The notes: generated by a model not told the origin, from the letters alone. Shown: positions 25,490-38,655, numbered from the stretch's first letter. The stretch is DNA of 64,000 nucleotides from Octopus sinensis (GCF_006345805.1 NC_043001.1:79360001-79424000), one strand, 5' to 3'. Numbers and translations: made by a program.

Positions 25490-25940
25490 CTACAGTAGCC
25501 ACGGGCCGACCAATTTCATGTCAGTCAATTTGGTAGACGGAAACATTTTTGAAAGACAGTCGTGTATATGTATATATATACATATACACGACTGTCTTTC
25601 AAACAGTTTCCGTCTACCAAATATATATATATATATATGTATGTATGTATTTCTGTGTATATATATATATATATATATATGTATGCATGTATGTATGTAT
25701 ATACGTGGGAGTGTATGTATGTGTGTGTATGCGCATATTTGTAACTACCTCTGGCACTTGATAACCGGCGTTGGTTTATTTATGCCACTGTAACTTAGCC
25801 ATTAAAAAAAACACTGATACAGTAAGTACTAGATTTTAAAAAACGAGTACTAGCATCGATTTGTTCTACCAAAACACACCAAGGCGATGCTCCAGCTTGG
25901 CCGCACTGAAATAACTGAAAGAAGTAAGGAATAAAAGAAA
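25490..25940 (+). mobile_element. SINE family A (5'-truncated) with internal inverted duplication
   Basis: GGGCCGACCAA...TTTGGTAGACGGAAAC head, microsatellite, tail GGCGATGCTCCAGC.TGGCCGCA. Confidence 0.7.
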
Positions 25941-26559
25941 CATTAGCGACATACTACCAGATCTCACATAACAAATCTGATATCATTCACCATGTCAAAA
26001 TGACATTCGCTTATTCATTATCGAAGTAATACTACCGAAATGGAAAACAACAGGGAAACTATGGAACATAAGAGTTAGCAGTTGTATTAGAACTATAACA
26101 TTATGGGAGATAAAGAAGTATATCCATCATCTAATTTGTAATTGTCACAACGGGATGTTTACACATCTAATTCCATAGGGACATTGACAAATTATCTATC
26201 AGGATAAGAAATATATCATAGAAAATAACAATACTAGGCAAAAATTTCTAAAGACCATTGTGGCATTCTCACAGAATGTCTTCATATCTAACATTCTATT
26301 TGACATTAAACCAGCTTGTAAACCTTTCATAGTGTTTGTTAAATTTTAACAAATTCTATTTCCCTTGACCTTGGTGAGGTTTGTTAACATTGAATCATTT
26401 TTATAAGTGTTTTCTATATTTTCGATGTTGTTTCCTCAAATATGTATATCTGTTTCAAATGTGAACGTTTTCCTAAACTCTATACATACTTATCATCTCT
26501 CAACATATCTTTGTATTCCCCACAATGGACATAATTCTTGTTTTAAGAAAAAGAAACTG

Positions 26560-27372
26560 CTGATGCAGTTTTCAAATGGATTTGAAAGTATTCAGTGATG
26601 GAATTTGGTCTCGATAAACGTGCCAAGGCCACTTTCCAGAAATGAAAACTGAAACCAACAAATTCAGTCGTATTAGATGTTGACATTGTTATAAAAGAAA
26701 TTGAGCAGGAACAAACAAATAGCTAAGAATAAATGAACGTCCTGGAATTCAGCATGCAAACATGAAAGAGGATATTAGAAAGGAATGCTATAGGGAGTTC
26801 GAGCAGTCTTGAAATTTGAGCTAAATGCGCATAAGTTAAGGAGTTCTGGTTTTAATTTATAATTTTAATGTGTTGAACTGGAATGTCAATGAAATAAACA
26901 AAATTGACAGAAAAATACGTAAGCAGCTGACTTGCAACAAGATGCACCACCTAAAAGTCTGACGTGGATCGTCTTTACCTTCCAAAAGCCCAAGGATGTA
27001 AGGAACTGATACAGATTGAACAAAATCCCCACGATTGGACTGGCCAAGTATCTTGAAACATCTAACGACTGAATGATAAAACTCGCTGAAAATCACGTGG
27101 CGTAAGAAGTTTCGATGTGTCATGAAGAGAAAACAAAATTTGCTATTAAGTCAATGCATGTTCCCCATGCTGAACAGGATGAGCAAAGTGAGAAAACTGT
27201 TGCTGTAAAGAAGGTGATGTTAATGACAAGAGGAAAAGGGCGTGAACAATTAGTTGAGAGGTGAGAGAAGAAGCTTCTGCATGGCAAATATGTTACCTGT
27301 AACCAAAAAGCTGATGTTGACCACAAGCACACACATCAGTGACTACCAAGTTCAGGGCTAAAGGCAGAGATT
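26560..27372 (+). mobile_element. Decayed R4/Dong-like non-LTR retrotransposon fragment
   Basis: Frame-shifted GIQHANMKE..RKECYR...NWNVNEINKIDRKIRKQLTCNKMHH..KSDVDRLYLP...HGKY...GLKAE. Confidence 0.7.
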
Positions 27373-27384
27373 CATCTGAGCAGC

Positions 27385-28660
27385 TCAATTTCAGGCATTC
27401 ACTGATAATGTGCCACACTGTTTCACCCCTCTCACCACATAATCTGTATTTGTCGCTCTCAGTCAATTGTGCACTTCTCCTTATTTGTCCTCAATGCTTA
27501 CTTTGTGCCGCGCATGTAAGTGCTTCCGTTTCTATCTTCACGTTACTCTTACGCATGCACAACCAGACCCTCTGCATGTGTCGTTGTGATTGTATCTCTG
27601 GCGAAGGGACCATACATTGTTTTTCTTTTCCATGCCATTCTTCTTCGTGCCTTTTCCTCCTTAATTTTCTTTTTCTCAACACGATTATCAGTTCATATAC
27701 ATCAACAATTGTTCTACGGCAGCTTTTACATACCATCCTACACTGTGTTCCTCTGATCCAATACAATTCTGCGAACTAATCAAACCGTTCTTACCCTTTC
27801 TTCTGAAAGAAGTACAAGCGATCAGTATCACCCTTGGGTGAAATGATTCATTCTATGTCAATACTTTCCGTGACTTCGTATTCATACACATCAATTTATT
27901 CCTTTGCCAGTTTATGATTCCAGCTCCATACCGAAGTGATGCTACCGTCCATGTATTAATGCTTAAAATATATTCCGCGCTGTCAATTTTGAGAAACACC
28001 AGCCTTTGTCTTTGTAGACACTCTTTCTTCAACTGTTCTTTCATTTCCTTCTCAATACTTTCACTGAACTCTCATATGCCAAGGTTTTTATAACCTTCCC
28101 GTCATCTTCAATTTCTTTCATTACATCCATATTTGTTAATTATATCTCTGCCAGGAACTCTACCTGTTCTCATTTCAGATTCATTACACCACGATTCTTG
28201 AGTTCGAATTCCATCTTAAAATCAGTTCAAAATAGTGGACAGTGTTCACCACTTCTACCTCATCCTTGCCATATAGCTTCAAATCAAGCATGTGGAGGTG
28301 GTTGGTCCTTCGAGATTTTCCCTTTAAATAATATTCTCATTTCACTTCCCTCAGCATCAAGGTCATCGTGATCATGCAAAGTACAAAAACAACGGAGATA
28401 AGCTATCTCTTTAGAAAATCCCCTTCTTGATGCCCGGGGCGCCCAATCTTTGTCCCTACGATGTCATTTCAGTTTGCTCATTCTCCATAATTCTTTTCGG
28501 AAAACATGTTACATTCCTTGCAATTGGAAACGTATCCAAGATCTCAGTGATCCACGGATGTGAAATCATATCGCAACATTTGCAGCAATCAATTCAGGCC
28601 ATTCCCAAATGTGTCCTCTGCCTACAATCTTGCATTGTATTTTAGTTGCTATAAATATGA
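27385..28660 (-). mobile_element. Decayed R4/Dong-like non-LTR retrotransposon (RT to CCHC region)
   Basis: Minus KKGIF*RDSLSPL, NHLHMLDLKLYGKDE, INTWTVASLRYGAGIINW, WLCMRKSNVKIETEAL, RLCGERGETVWHIISEC. Confidence 0.78.
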
Positions 28661-28714
28661 TGCAGAGCAATTTAACGTATTGATTAAATAGTAATGATAA
28701 TAATAATAATAGTT

Positions 28715-28900
28715 CCAAATTTTTGGTACAATGCCAGCAATTTGAGGGGATGAGAAGGAAGTCGATTATATCGACCTCCAGTGCTCAACTGGTACTTATT
28801 TTACCGATCGCGAAATGAGGCAAAGCAAAGTTGACCTCAGCTGAATCTGGACTCAGAACGTAAAGACGGCCTTTGTCCGTCTTTACGTTCTGAATTTTTA
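28715..28900 (-). mobile_element. SINE family B with terminal hairpin
   Basis: CAGTGCTCAACTGGTACTTATTTTA...GCAAAGTTGACCTC...ACTCAGAACGTAAAGACGG. Confidence 0.75.
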
Positions 28901-30727
28901 AATTCCTTTGCACATATGCAGAAATATAAGATCTACTACTACTGCTACTACTGCTCCTGCTGTAACTACTACGTATACGCATGCACTATCTGAAGCACTT
29001 TTAATACAACAGAGACTACACATGAGAACAAAACTCAACATATGCTCAATGTACAATCACTTGTGTAGGGAAATCACAAAATGATAATACAACTAGTGAG
29101 GAAAATAGAATATTGAAATCTGCTGGCGAATAATAGAAACCCTTTTTATGAATAATTTAGCGGTAGTATCAAACACTTTTATCAAACATGCCATGAATAA
29201 ATATCAAACAAATCTGTCGGTACAAACAATAGATAGAATGGTAAAAAGGAATCCTTTCCTCTAACAGAAAAGGAATGTTGCTATGAACTTCTTTCCTCTA
29301 ATCCTTCATTTTCACCGTTATTCTAAATCGACGTGATACAGCTACAAATGCATACAAATATTTTATTTTTATATATAGCTGACCTCAACAATGATAAAAA
29401 GAACTGGTAACACACATATATTACTCAGATTCAATAGAGAAATTTATATCAAATCCACTTAAGGAATATGTACAAATGTACATATTCAGTGCACATATTC
29501 AGTGTAGAAATATACGCAACTGCAAGCTTGCGTAGGGGGATATTAATAATGCCAGAAATATGATAATATATAAAAATGTGGAGATAAGAGGATCGAACAA
29601 AACACAGACTTACAAATAATCAAGAATTAATGAAGTGGACATTGTATAACACACACAAGTGTAGGATAATGTTAGGAAAGAATATTATATTATAGATATA
29701 GCATTAGATTAATATTTATATCAGAGCTTAATGATAAAGATAAGAGAAAAAGCATCAATAATCTCTATTTCACAACTAACTTATGGTTATAATATTCTGA
29801 TCGGAAAGATAAGGGAATTAGCAAGAGTTGAGAGGAATACAAAGAAAATAATAATTCTACTTAAAATATATCTCTTATTGGCCGACACATAAATATTACA
29901 TTTGCCACCAACAGAGCGATGTAGGTGTGTTGTGCAATTATAAACCTATTATGTTGTAGTCCTACCCTTTGTAGGACTACAATCATATCGAGTAAATAAT
30001 AAAGGGAAATTAATATCAATAGCAACAAAATATGAACAAAATAAAACATTAAGTTCTGTTCTGATAGCTGCCAACAAATATTAAACAGGTTGCAATAACA
30101 GATAACTGAGAAGTGGATGCAGAATCAATTAATTGAATAATCATTGCAGAACAGAAATGAACAACAGAAATATATTAATTGAAACTGTAATTTTAAAGGC
30201 CGTCTAAGAACTTTGGAAAGATCAAATCCTACATAAGAAAGCCCTGAAAAGGCTAGGAAACGTTTGACAGAGTCCTGTATAGTGCGCATATTCCAGCGTA
30301 CAAGATTCTGGTTAGCTGTCTTGTTTCTTTTTTCCCTGTTATACTGTTCTTTTGGTTTTTATCTTTCATTTTCATATTTATTTTCATTTCTATTCCAAAG
30401 CCCATCACTTTCAGTGAAATGCCCGTACACTGCGGTGAGCCATCCGGGTTGGGTGAGGCAGGTTTATGAAATAACCTTTCCTAGGGGCTTCTTGGTCATT
30501 CAGGGTGCTGCCGAATTTAACTGCAATGCCTGATCAACATACAGGCGACTAATACTTTAAACTTCCTAAATAAAATGTGTCTTAAATGTCATCCTCCTTA
30601 AATTCGACCTTGGTGGGGTTGCTGGCTTAATCACCGATGACTCAATCATACAGCAGATTATACAAGGTTACACGTGGTGCTCAATGGTCCCCTCACATAC
30701 ACGCACACACGCATTCACACGTGCATA

Positions 30728-30770
<43 letters not shown>

Positions 30771-30789
30771 TTATCTTTCACTTCTTTCT

Positions 30790-30965
30790 GTTTGCTCATT
30801 AAATTCTGACGATGCTGGGGCACCGCTTTCAATGCTTTAGTCAAATTGACCACAATACAGCTTTCTTGTCCGTTCTCTTTTACCGAACCGCTAAGATACG
30901 GGGTTGTCAGCAAACATCCGTTTTCAAGCGATGGTAGTAGGAACAAACACCGATTTAAGCAAATA

Positions 30966-31019
<54 letters not shown>

Positions 31020-31222
31020 AACTAACACACGTACAAACACACAAGCAACACACACTCATACACACACGCTCACACAGAAATATATGATGAGCTTATTTAT
31101 TTCAGTTTCCGTTCACCAAATTCTGTTGCAAAGCTTTGTTCGGCCTAGGGCTACAACAGGAGACACTTACCAAAGTACCATGCAGAGATGCTACACCGAA
31201 AATCAACTGGTTTGAAAGCAGT
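30790..31222 (-). mobile_element. SINE family A
   Basis: ATGCTGGGGCACCGC tail, (CA)n, TTTCAGTTTCCGT..CCAAATT...GACACTTACCAAAGT head. Confidence 0.75.
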
Positions 31223-31604
31223 GCCAATGTATATACATACATAAAAATATACATATGTGTACAAAAAGAAAAACAAAAGAAAGGAAAGGCAAATTAAAAA
31301 CACAACGGAGGCTATTTTTAAAGATTTTTTTACCTTCGTTGTACAAGTTTCCCATTTTCATGTTGTTTTTTTTTAATGTGTGATAGGAAAGAACTCGAGG
31401 TTATACCGAGACGAGTGCGGTATAACTCCTTGTCCTTCCATAACACACTATTGAAAAAGAAAATATTTTGAAATCGGTTAAGTGAATGTAAATATATTTG
31501 AAAAAAAAATAACATCCAGGTGTACTTTCAAATAATCATCTCTTTATTTCCACTGGTGTAAAAAAAAAATAAAAAAGTCATTCGAATCTACCTCACTTTC
31601 TCTA

Positions 31605-31632
31605 TATATACATACATATATATATATGTATA

Positions 31633-31697
<65 letters not shown>

Positions 31698-31815
31698 TTA
31701 CATATGTAAGTAATGTATAAATGTACATATATAAATATGTATACATATATATGTATATATGTATTTATATGTATAAATATGATATATACATATATAAATA
31801 CGTATGTGAGTGTAT
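31605..31815. repeat. (TA)n microsatellite
   Basis: Direct reading. Confidence 0.95.
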
Positions 31816-32585
31816 TAATATATTAATATATGTGTATGCTCGCTGTGATTGTGTTACGCGTCTGTGTACAAGAGGGTATTATTAATGTAGGAAAACGCAA
31901 CCGTGAAAGAAAAAAAATTCATATTTCATAGACAGAGCATTCGAAAACATAATATAAATAGATTTCAATAATTTTTTTACTTGATACTTTATGTTTTATT
32001 CTGTATATATTTATATGATACATTTTCAGTGATATTGTTCGTTTCTTAGATTGTGTTATTTTGTTATTCTTATATATATATACTTTTCATACTTTTCTCC
32101 TTTGGTCTTTTTTTCCTGATATTTTCTTATTTAAGTCGTTTTGTGATTTCTACTTCTCTTTTTTTGTCGTTTTATAGTATATATTCTTTGATTGTCCACA
32201 TATTATATTTTATCTTTTTACTTTTGTGATTTGCTGTAATGTTTTTTTTCATCACATTCTTATTTTATTTACTGGTTGTATTTTCTTGATAATGCCTTTG
32301 TATTTTTTCATAATTTCCTTCATTATTTTCTAAACATTTTCTTCCAATTATTAATATGTTTACTATTTTCTTCTTGCATCACTCGTATATGTCTCTATGA
32401 CATACATTGCTTTCATCCTCTAGCTGATACGATTTGGACTTCATCTATAAATTTAATATGACTTCTGAAAAATGTATAACTTCATTTGAATTACTCTTTT
32501 TATATTTTTGACGTCCATATATTTATCATACCTGTTGTTGTTAATAGTTAATCTTATTCTTTCTTATTCGTATCATATGAAATTG

Positions 32586-32840
32586 TTACGGTGGTCTATA
32601 TATACTATTTAATCTCTTTTTTTTTCTTCCTGATGCGAGGCTTCTACTTAATACAAATATGGAGCTGCTTTGGCTATGGTTGTTACAATTAGTTGTACTA
32701 GAATGGAGCATGCGCTGTAACAGCGCGTCGTTGTATCCACCATTTGTTGGTGATTCCCTACTCCTGGTGGATGACTCTTTTTCAAACCACAGTTGAAAAT
32801 CTTCCACTCCATGGTCTGTTTCGGCAGTCATTGTTGGTGA
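32586..32840 (-). other. Candidate non-repetitive ORF or terminal exon, unidentified
   Basis: Open ~85 codons (TAETDHGVEDFQLWFEKE...RKKKRLNSIYRPP*) in locally GC-richer unique sequence; acceptor-like TTTGCCCTGTGCCCTTGTAAAAG upstream; no family recognised. Confidence 0.2.
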
Positions 32841-33254
32841 GGCTTTTACAAGGGCACAGGGCAAATTTTGCCTCAGTCCCCTTTAATCACCTACTGCGAG
32901 ATGCAGGGGAAACGTTGGGTCTATTCTGTGACTTGTCTCTCTCCATACGGCAATTGCGAAGTTTATTGTGAGTGTGTGCGTGCGCATGTGTGCGCCAGTG
33001 TGTGTTTGGTATGCAGAGAAGAACGTATCTCCGAATGATATCTGCCTACTTCTCACTCTTGAAAAAATAACCCCAGTGTCCTTTACAATTTTATTAGTGG
33101 CTGAAATACCAGGCCTTACTTGAGCGGAAGACAGATAATTAACTGAAACGTCGAAATCAATTTAACTAAATTACTATGGTAGCCAAGCCGAAAATAATTG
33201 TTGAAAATTGTACATGCTGAAAGCTGCTAGTACGAGGATAGAAATAATAACCCT

Positions 33255-33460
33255 TTATATTATAGGCACATGGCCTGAAATGTAGGGGAGAGGATAGCCG
33301 ATTACATTGATCCTAGTTTTTTATCACTACTTAATTTATCGACCCGAAAAGCATGAAAGGCAAAGTCGACCCCGACGGAATTTGAACTCAGAACATAGAG
33401 GCAGATACCGCTAAATATTTCGCACCGGCGTGCTACTGGTTCTGCGAGCTCGCCGCTTTG
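33255..33460 (-). mobile_element. SINE family B, near full length
   Basis: GGCACATGGCCTGAAAT...GGCAAAGTCGACCCCGACGGAATTTGAACTCAGAAC...GAGCTCGCCGCTTT. Confidence 0.8.
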
Positions 33461-33550
33461 AGGATGGAAAAAGCAATGCCAAAATAACATGAAAATAAGA
33501 AAATTATATTGATCATTCCCCAAATATCATAACAGGTTTGACTGCCCACG

Positions 33551-33800
33551 GGCATATGGCATACTGGCTAAGAGCACGGGCTACTAACCACAAGATCCCG
33601 AGTTCGATACCAAGCAATGACCTGAACAATAATAATAATAATAATAATAACAACATAAAAAAATACCTTAGGAATGAGAACCCAGGTTCGAAATTTTCCC
33701 AAGACACCCGAAGAAGGCTGGAGGGTATATCTACCGAAACGTTGTGTTAACAACAAACAAGATGAGGACAAATATCCGTCGAATGTAAATAATGTAAACA
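33551..33800 (+). mobile_element. tRNA-headed SINE (family C) with hammerhead-derived 3' region
   Basis: A-box TGGCATACTGG (33557-33567), B-box AGTTCGATACC (33601-33611), (AAT)n linker, then CAC-CCGAAGA-A-GGCTG..CTACC-GAAAC-GTT-GTG (33705-33746). Confidence 0.7.
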
Positions 33801-34314
33801 AGGTTTGATTAGTTTTGATATGTGCTTTATACTGTAGTGAACGATTCACTTGTTATTCAGCACCAATAGTGTGTATAACGAGATTTAAATTTCAAAATTT
33901 TACAAACTTAATCGTATTTCAACTAGTTACTTATAAAAATGTTCGTACACACACACACACACTTAGCTTCGCGTTTATATAGCTTGTCCTCAATAAATTT
34001 CTCTCTCTTTCTTTCATTTGTCCTTCACTCGATCTCTCTCACTCTCTCTCTCTCTCATCTACACCATCCTCCACCTACACATCCACAAGCACAAATCGTA
34101 GCATAAGATCACAAAAGAAAATATGTATGTTTATGCATGTATGGTTATACACACTGGAGTCTAGTACGAAAATCTCCACTTAGTTGCTTGACCTGCTAGA
34201 AATAACAAGCAAATTACCCTCAGTGTTATGCTGTCATCCTTAAAAACTGAAGGACACACTGAATAAGAAAGAAAAGTAACACAGTATGCTACTTGCTTGA
34301 ATATTAGATTTATT

Positions 34315-34472
34315 CGAAGGCGGCGAGCTGGCAGAAACGTTCTGAGTTCAAAGTCGACTTTGACTTTCATCCTTTTGGGGTCGATAAATTAAATACCATT
34401 TGCGTATTGAGATCGATCTAATCGACTGGCCCCTCCCACAAAATATCGGGCCTTGTGTTTAGAGTAGAAATA
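34315..34472 (+). mobile_element. SINE family B
   Basis: GAAGGCGGCGAGCTGGCAGAAACG...GTCGACTTTGACTTTCATCC...GGGCCTTGTG. Confidence 0.8.
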
Positions 34473-34624
34473 AATAAATTACACAAAAATATGGAAGTAG
34501 AATAACCACATATAAACACATACATATTTACGATTTTAGTCAAATTCTGTTTTCTCTCTCTCTTTCTCTCGGTCCCTCTCTGTCTCTCTGCCTCTCGATC
34601 TACCTATCTATTCTTTTATTCTTT

Positions 34625-34890
34625 TATTGTTTCTTCCATTTAACTGCGGCCATGCTGGAGCACCGCCTTTTAGGGTTTTAGTCAGAGAAATCGACCCCAA
34701 GATTTATTCTTTGTAAGTATAATACTTGTTCTATCGTCTTCTTTCAGTTTCCAACTACCAAATCTTCTGACAAGGTGTTGGTCAGCCTGAGGCTGTAGTA
34801 GAGGACACTTGCCTATCTTGCCACGCAGTGGGACTCAATCCGGAAACATGGTTTGGAAGCAAAGTTCCTACCACTCAGCTACGCTTGCGC
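34625..34890 (-). mobile_element. SINE family A (internal deletion)
   Basis: CTGCGGCCATGCTGGAGCACCGCC and GACACTTGCC...CCACGCAGTGGGACTCAATCCGGAA. Confidence 0.75.
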
Positions 34891-35396
34891 CTATAAATCT
34901 ATATTATTTTCATATTCGTATCTATTTTCCTGCTTACGACTTACTCATCCTCATGTCTTGCCCCATTTCTTCTCTTAGTCTCTCTTATAATTCTTTCACT
35001 CCGGTCTCTCCACTTTCTCTCCTCCCATAAATATATACATAGGTATATTTGACAAACAGCGTAGAAGCCGAATTTATCCTAATACAACCAAAGTATTCTT
35101 TTATTATTTTTTCCATTTATGAGCAGACGTAAAACAGTTGTCGTCTGCCAAATGCTTAGACTCTAAGCCTTGGAGTCATAACACTTTTGTTTCACGATGA
35201 AGGCGTTTAAAGTCAATATTGAAGATGAAGTACTATATTAAATTGAAGGAAAAATATTCATTTATTTTTTACTAATTACGAAATTATCTTCAGCCACTCA
35301 CCAACCGCAAAGGTAGATAGACAGATTTCTAAGGATGAGGTTGATATTAATTAGATTCCTATCTGAATTTGGAGTTGCCATTGTCAGTTAGTGTTG

Positions 35397-35439
<43 letters not shown>

Positions 35440-35689
35440 ATATATGAGGAGTACGGGTTCGAATCCAGTAGCCGTCTGCTGACAACTTTATCCGTTTTGT
35501 AAGGTAAAATACACAATCTTTCTACTGTTTTCAAGGTGACACTGCGTTGGAAAGTTAATTTCTTGTCTGTAAATTATGAAACATATTCGACTCTTCTAAA
35601 GTTTCTTTACAAAATGTTGTCGCATTCCAAAAGCTATTATTCTTTAGCGGTTATTTTGACGGTAATTATTGTCAGCAGGCAGGTTAGCT

Positions 35690-35860
35690 TAATGGTAGAG
35701 TACTCAGCCGGTAAGGCAGCGAGTTGGCAGGAACGGTAGCACGCCGGTATTTCGTCTGTCTTTTGCCGAGGTCGACTTTGCTTTCCATCACTTTGGAGTC
35801 GATAAATCAGTACCAGTTGCGTATTAAGGTAGATCTAATCGACTGCCCCCTCCTCCCCCA
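35690..35860 (+). mobile_element. SINE family B
   Basis: GAGTTGGCAGGAACG...GCCGAGGTCGACTTTGC...GTACCAGTTGCG. Confidence 0.75.
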
Positions 35861-36719
35861 TGAGAGCATGAATGGATTTAGCGAACCTAAGTAGCATATT
35901 TAAATCATATTACCAAAAATCATAGTAAAAATCTAAAAATTTACTCGCGATATTGAAATAGTGAAATAGCAACATAATTGTAATGCAAAACTGATCAATT
36001 CTCTCTCTCTTTTTCCCTCTTTCTATTTCGCACACAATTTTATCATTCCTTTTCCACAGTATAACTGATTGTACACCCCACAGGAATCTGTTGTCAGAAC
36101 TTTAATTAATATAAAAAATAATCAGGTGTACTTCTTTAAATCCCCAAATAAAACATTCGCACGAGCCGTAAGAAACATGAAGTTGTATAGGAAATAAAGG
36201 GAACCGCACATGCTAAACCAGTATTAGTTCTTCAAAATTTTACGAAAATCCTTTTCCCGACATTTCAAGCTGAATAAATGCCGACGTAAAAACAACAGTA
36301 TTGCAATTTTAAACAGAATACGTTGTAGAATCCCTTAGTCTGCGCAAAAGATCAATCACATTGAAGATATGCAAGAGCGATTTCACGTCCAACAGCACGA
36401 AATACAGTTTAATAAACTGCTACATAAACTCTACAAAGTAAACAAATATACATAGAAGATTTAAAATATATAAAATATGAAAACCTTGAACTTATCACCA
36501 TAAGTTCCAGCAGTTCTATAATCAAGTCGTCGTTTAAGAATATTAAAAAGTAAATCTAGATGTACTCCGTTCAACATAGTAGAATTTTATATATACGTTT
36601 TGAAATGCCTTCTGAAATATTACGAATTCAGAAAACCTTCATTACCTTCACCATACAAACAAGATGAGCACGATCATACAGTCTTCAAGATCAAAGAGCA
36701 GGAAATTGTCATTCTGATC

Positions 36720-37370
36720 TATCTCTATCGAGCTTTGATCTTAAAGAAGCTTGAACTCTACGCCGTTTAAAGACACCCTACAAGTAAGTACTAAACCAAT
36801 ACATGGCTATAGGGCTAGATGTTATTGAGACCATGAAGCGCCAGCATATGAATGGTTTAGAAAAACCTACTTAGCATAATTAAAATGTTTACTAAAACTT
36901 GCAGTAAAGATAAACTTTAAAATGTTGCATTTATTAAAACTTACATGCGATCTAAACATACATAAATAGCAGCAATCACAAAGCAACAGAAACAAAGATT
37001 CCATAATCATATATGCAAGGATAAGAAATTAAAAACTATTACAAGTAGATAAATATCAACACTGTCAGCTTATAAACAATATTTACAATATCTGCTCCCC
37101 TAATATAAGAAGGGTACTTAGCCCCAAAAAGTATTTCAGCTTACAAAAGACGTTGAATAAGAACTGATATTATTCTATATACTGCATGAGTATCAAATAC
37201 AGCAAACAACCTCCTGTCACTGATATGCACTACTTCTTAGTAACACATATCTACCACGAGATTTTTAATAGATATAAAGTCCAGCTTCTGGACGCCTCGA
37301 TAATTTTACCTCCCAAATCTTCCACTATAGCTGAAATACGAGATTTAATACAAAACCCGACTGTCTAAAT
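36720..37370 (+). pseudogene. Possible highly decayed Penelope-like RT region
   Basis: LSSFDLK, MAIG-x10-HMNGLEK (36803-36865; PLE RT consensus GxAMG-x10-YMxxLE), later KINF; multiple stops. Confidence 0.25.
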
Positions 37371-38479
37371 ATAAATTCAGAAATGCACTATACTATCCAC
37401 TTAATTGAAAATTGCTATTGAAAGCTCTTATATATAAAGCCACAATAAAAACAGCAGATGTTATCGAAATGACATATAAAAAGCTAATAGAGAATATCTT
37501 CAAAATCCGGCATATATAGCACTATAGTTCCTTTAGATCCATAGAAATAATAAAATTTTCATCGATGTTCCAATATATCTAGAATCTGAAAAGTATAGGA
37601 AACAACATGCCAATAAAATAAAGCATTGTTGTAATAACTCGACCATATCCAAAGAGATAGACTTTGTTGCATCGCAGAAAAATTCAATATGTTATTAACA
37701 ACAGGTAACATATTAAACTGAGGATTTGAAACATTTACAACAGGCCAACATAGATATTCATCTGAGAATCATTTAGAATACAATCAGGTTGAGATATCAT
37801 TCATAAATATATTGGGCAAATCTGCAAAATTTTCGAATATAAAGTTACTCACCCAAACACACACAACCTGTATAAGTGCACACCACAAAATATAAACACC
37901 AAAATCTCCTGAACTCTTGTTACCAATGAAAATTATGTCCGATCGATCGTGTTCGATATCTGCTGTGTCTGTGTATTTGTGTGTGTGTGTGTGTGTGTTC
38001 GTATAGTCTGAGGAAGGCGAGCAGTTCAAACCTCGAAGTCACTCACGACCTTTCCCTTCTTAAAGTTAATAAATGTGTACCCAACTAAAAGTATTGAGTA
38101 ATCCTTTAGTTGAATATTAAATTGATTTTATATAACTTTACATAAAAGCAAACACTAAAATATATGAACGCGTGTGTATGTTTGTATACATGTTTGTGTG
38201 TGTGTGCGTATGCGCGTGTGCACAGGTGGACGGGTATACGCACGAGTATATATGTATGTATCTATGTGTATATTCGCGTGTGAGTTCAGCTACTCAATAT
38301 TGCTACTGGTAAAATGCAATCAGTTACCTATTATATGTGTATGTACTTGGCAACTTATCGAACAACCCCATCAGTCTTGCTTGTGAGGAGAGTGGCTAGA
38401 AAAGCAACAGGGTCCAAAACAAGACCGACAAAAGAACAGATAAACTCAGTGCAGGATCAACGGCTATCAAGTAATATTA

Positions 38480-38655
38480 GTTTTATATTTTGACACAAGG
38501 CCAGCAATTTCATCGACCCCCTCCCCCCAGTGCCCAACTTGTATTTATTCTATCGACTTCGAAAGATGAAAAGCATAGTCGACCTCAGTAGAATTTGAAC
38601 GTAAAAACGGACAAAATGCTGCTAAGCATTTCACTGGGCTGCTCACCTACTTCAG
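38480..38655 (-). mobile_element. SINE family B
   Basis: GACACAAGGCCAGCAATTT...GTCGACCTCAGTAGAATTTGAAC. Confidence 0.72.

Noticed and set aside
30400-30435. Possible 34-nt micro-exon (TTTCTATTCCAAAG|...CTGCG|GTGAGC)
   Set aside because: Good-looking splice signals, but such matches are common in AT-rich DNA; needs RNA-seq.
33128-33156. CGGAAGA-CAG...CU-GAAAC-GUC hammerhead-like match
   Set aside because: Core mismatch and no stem I complement; too decayed to support.
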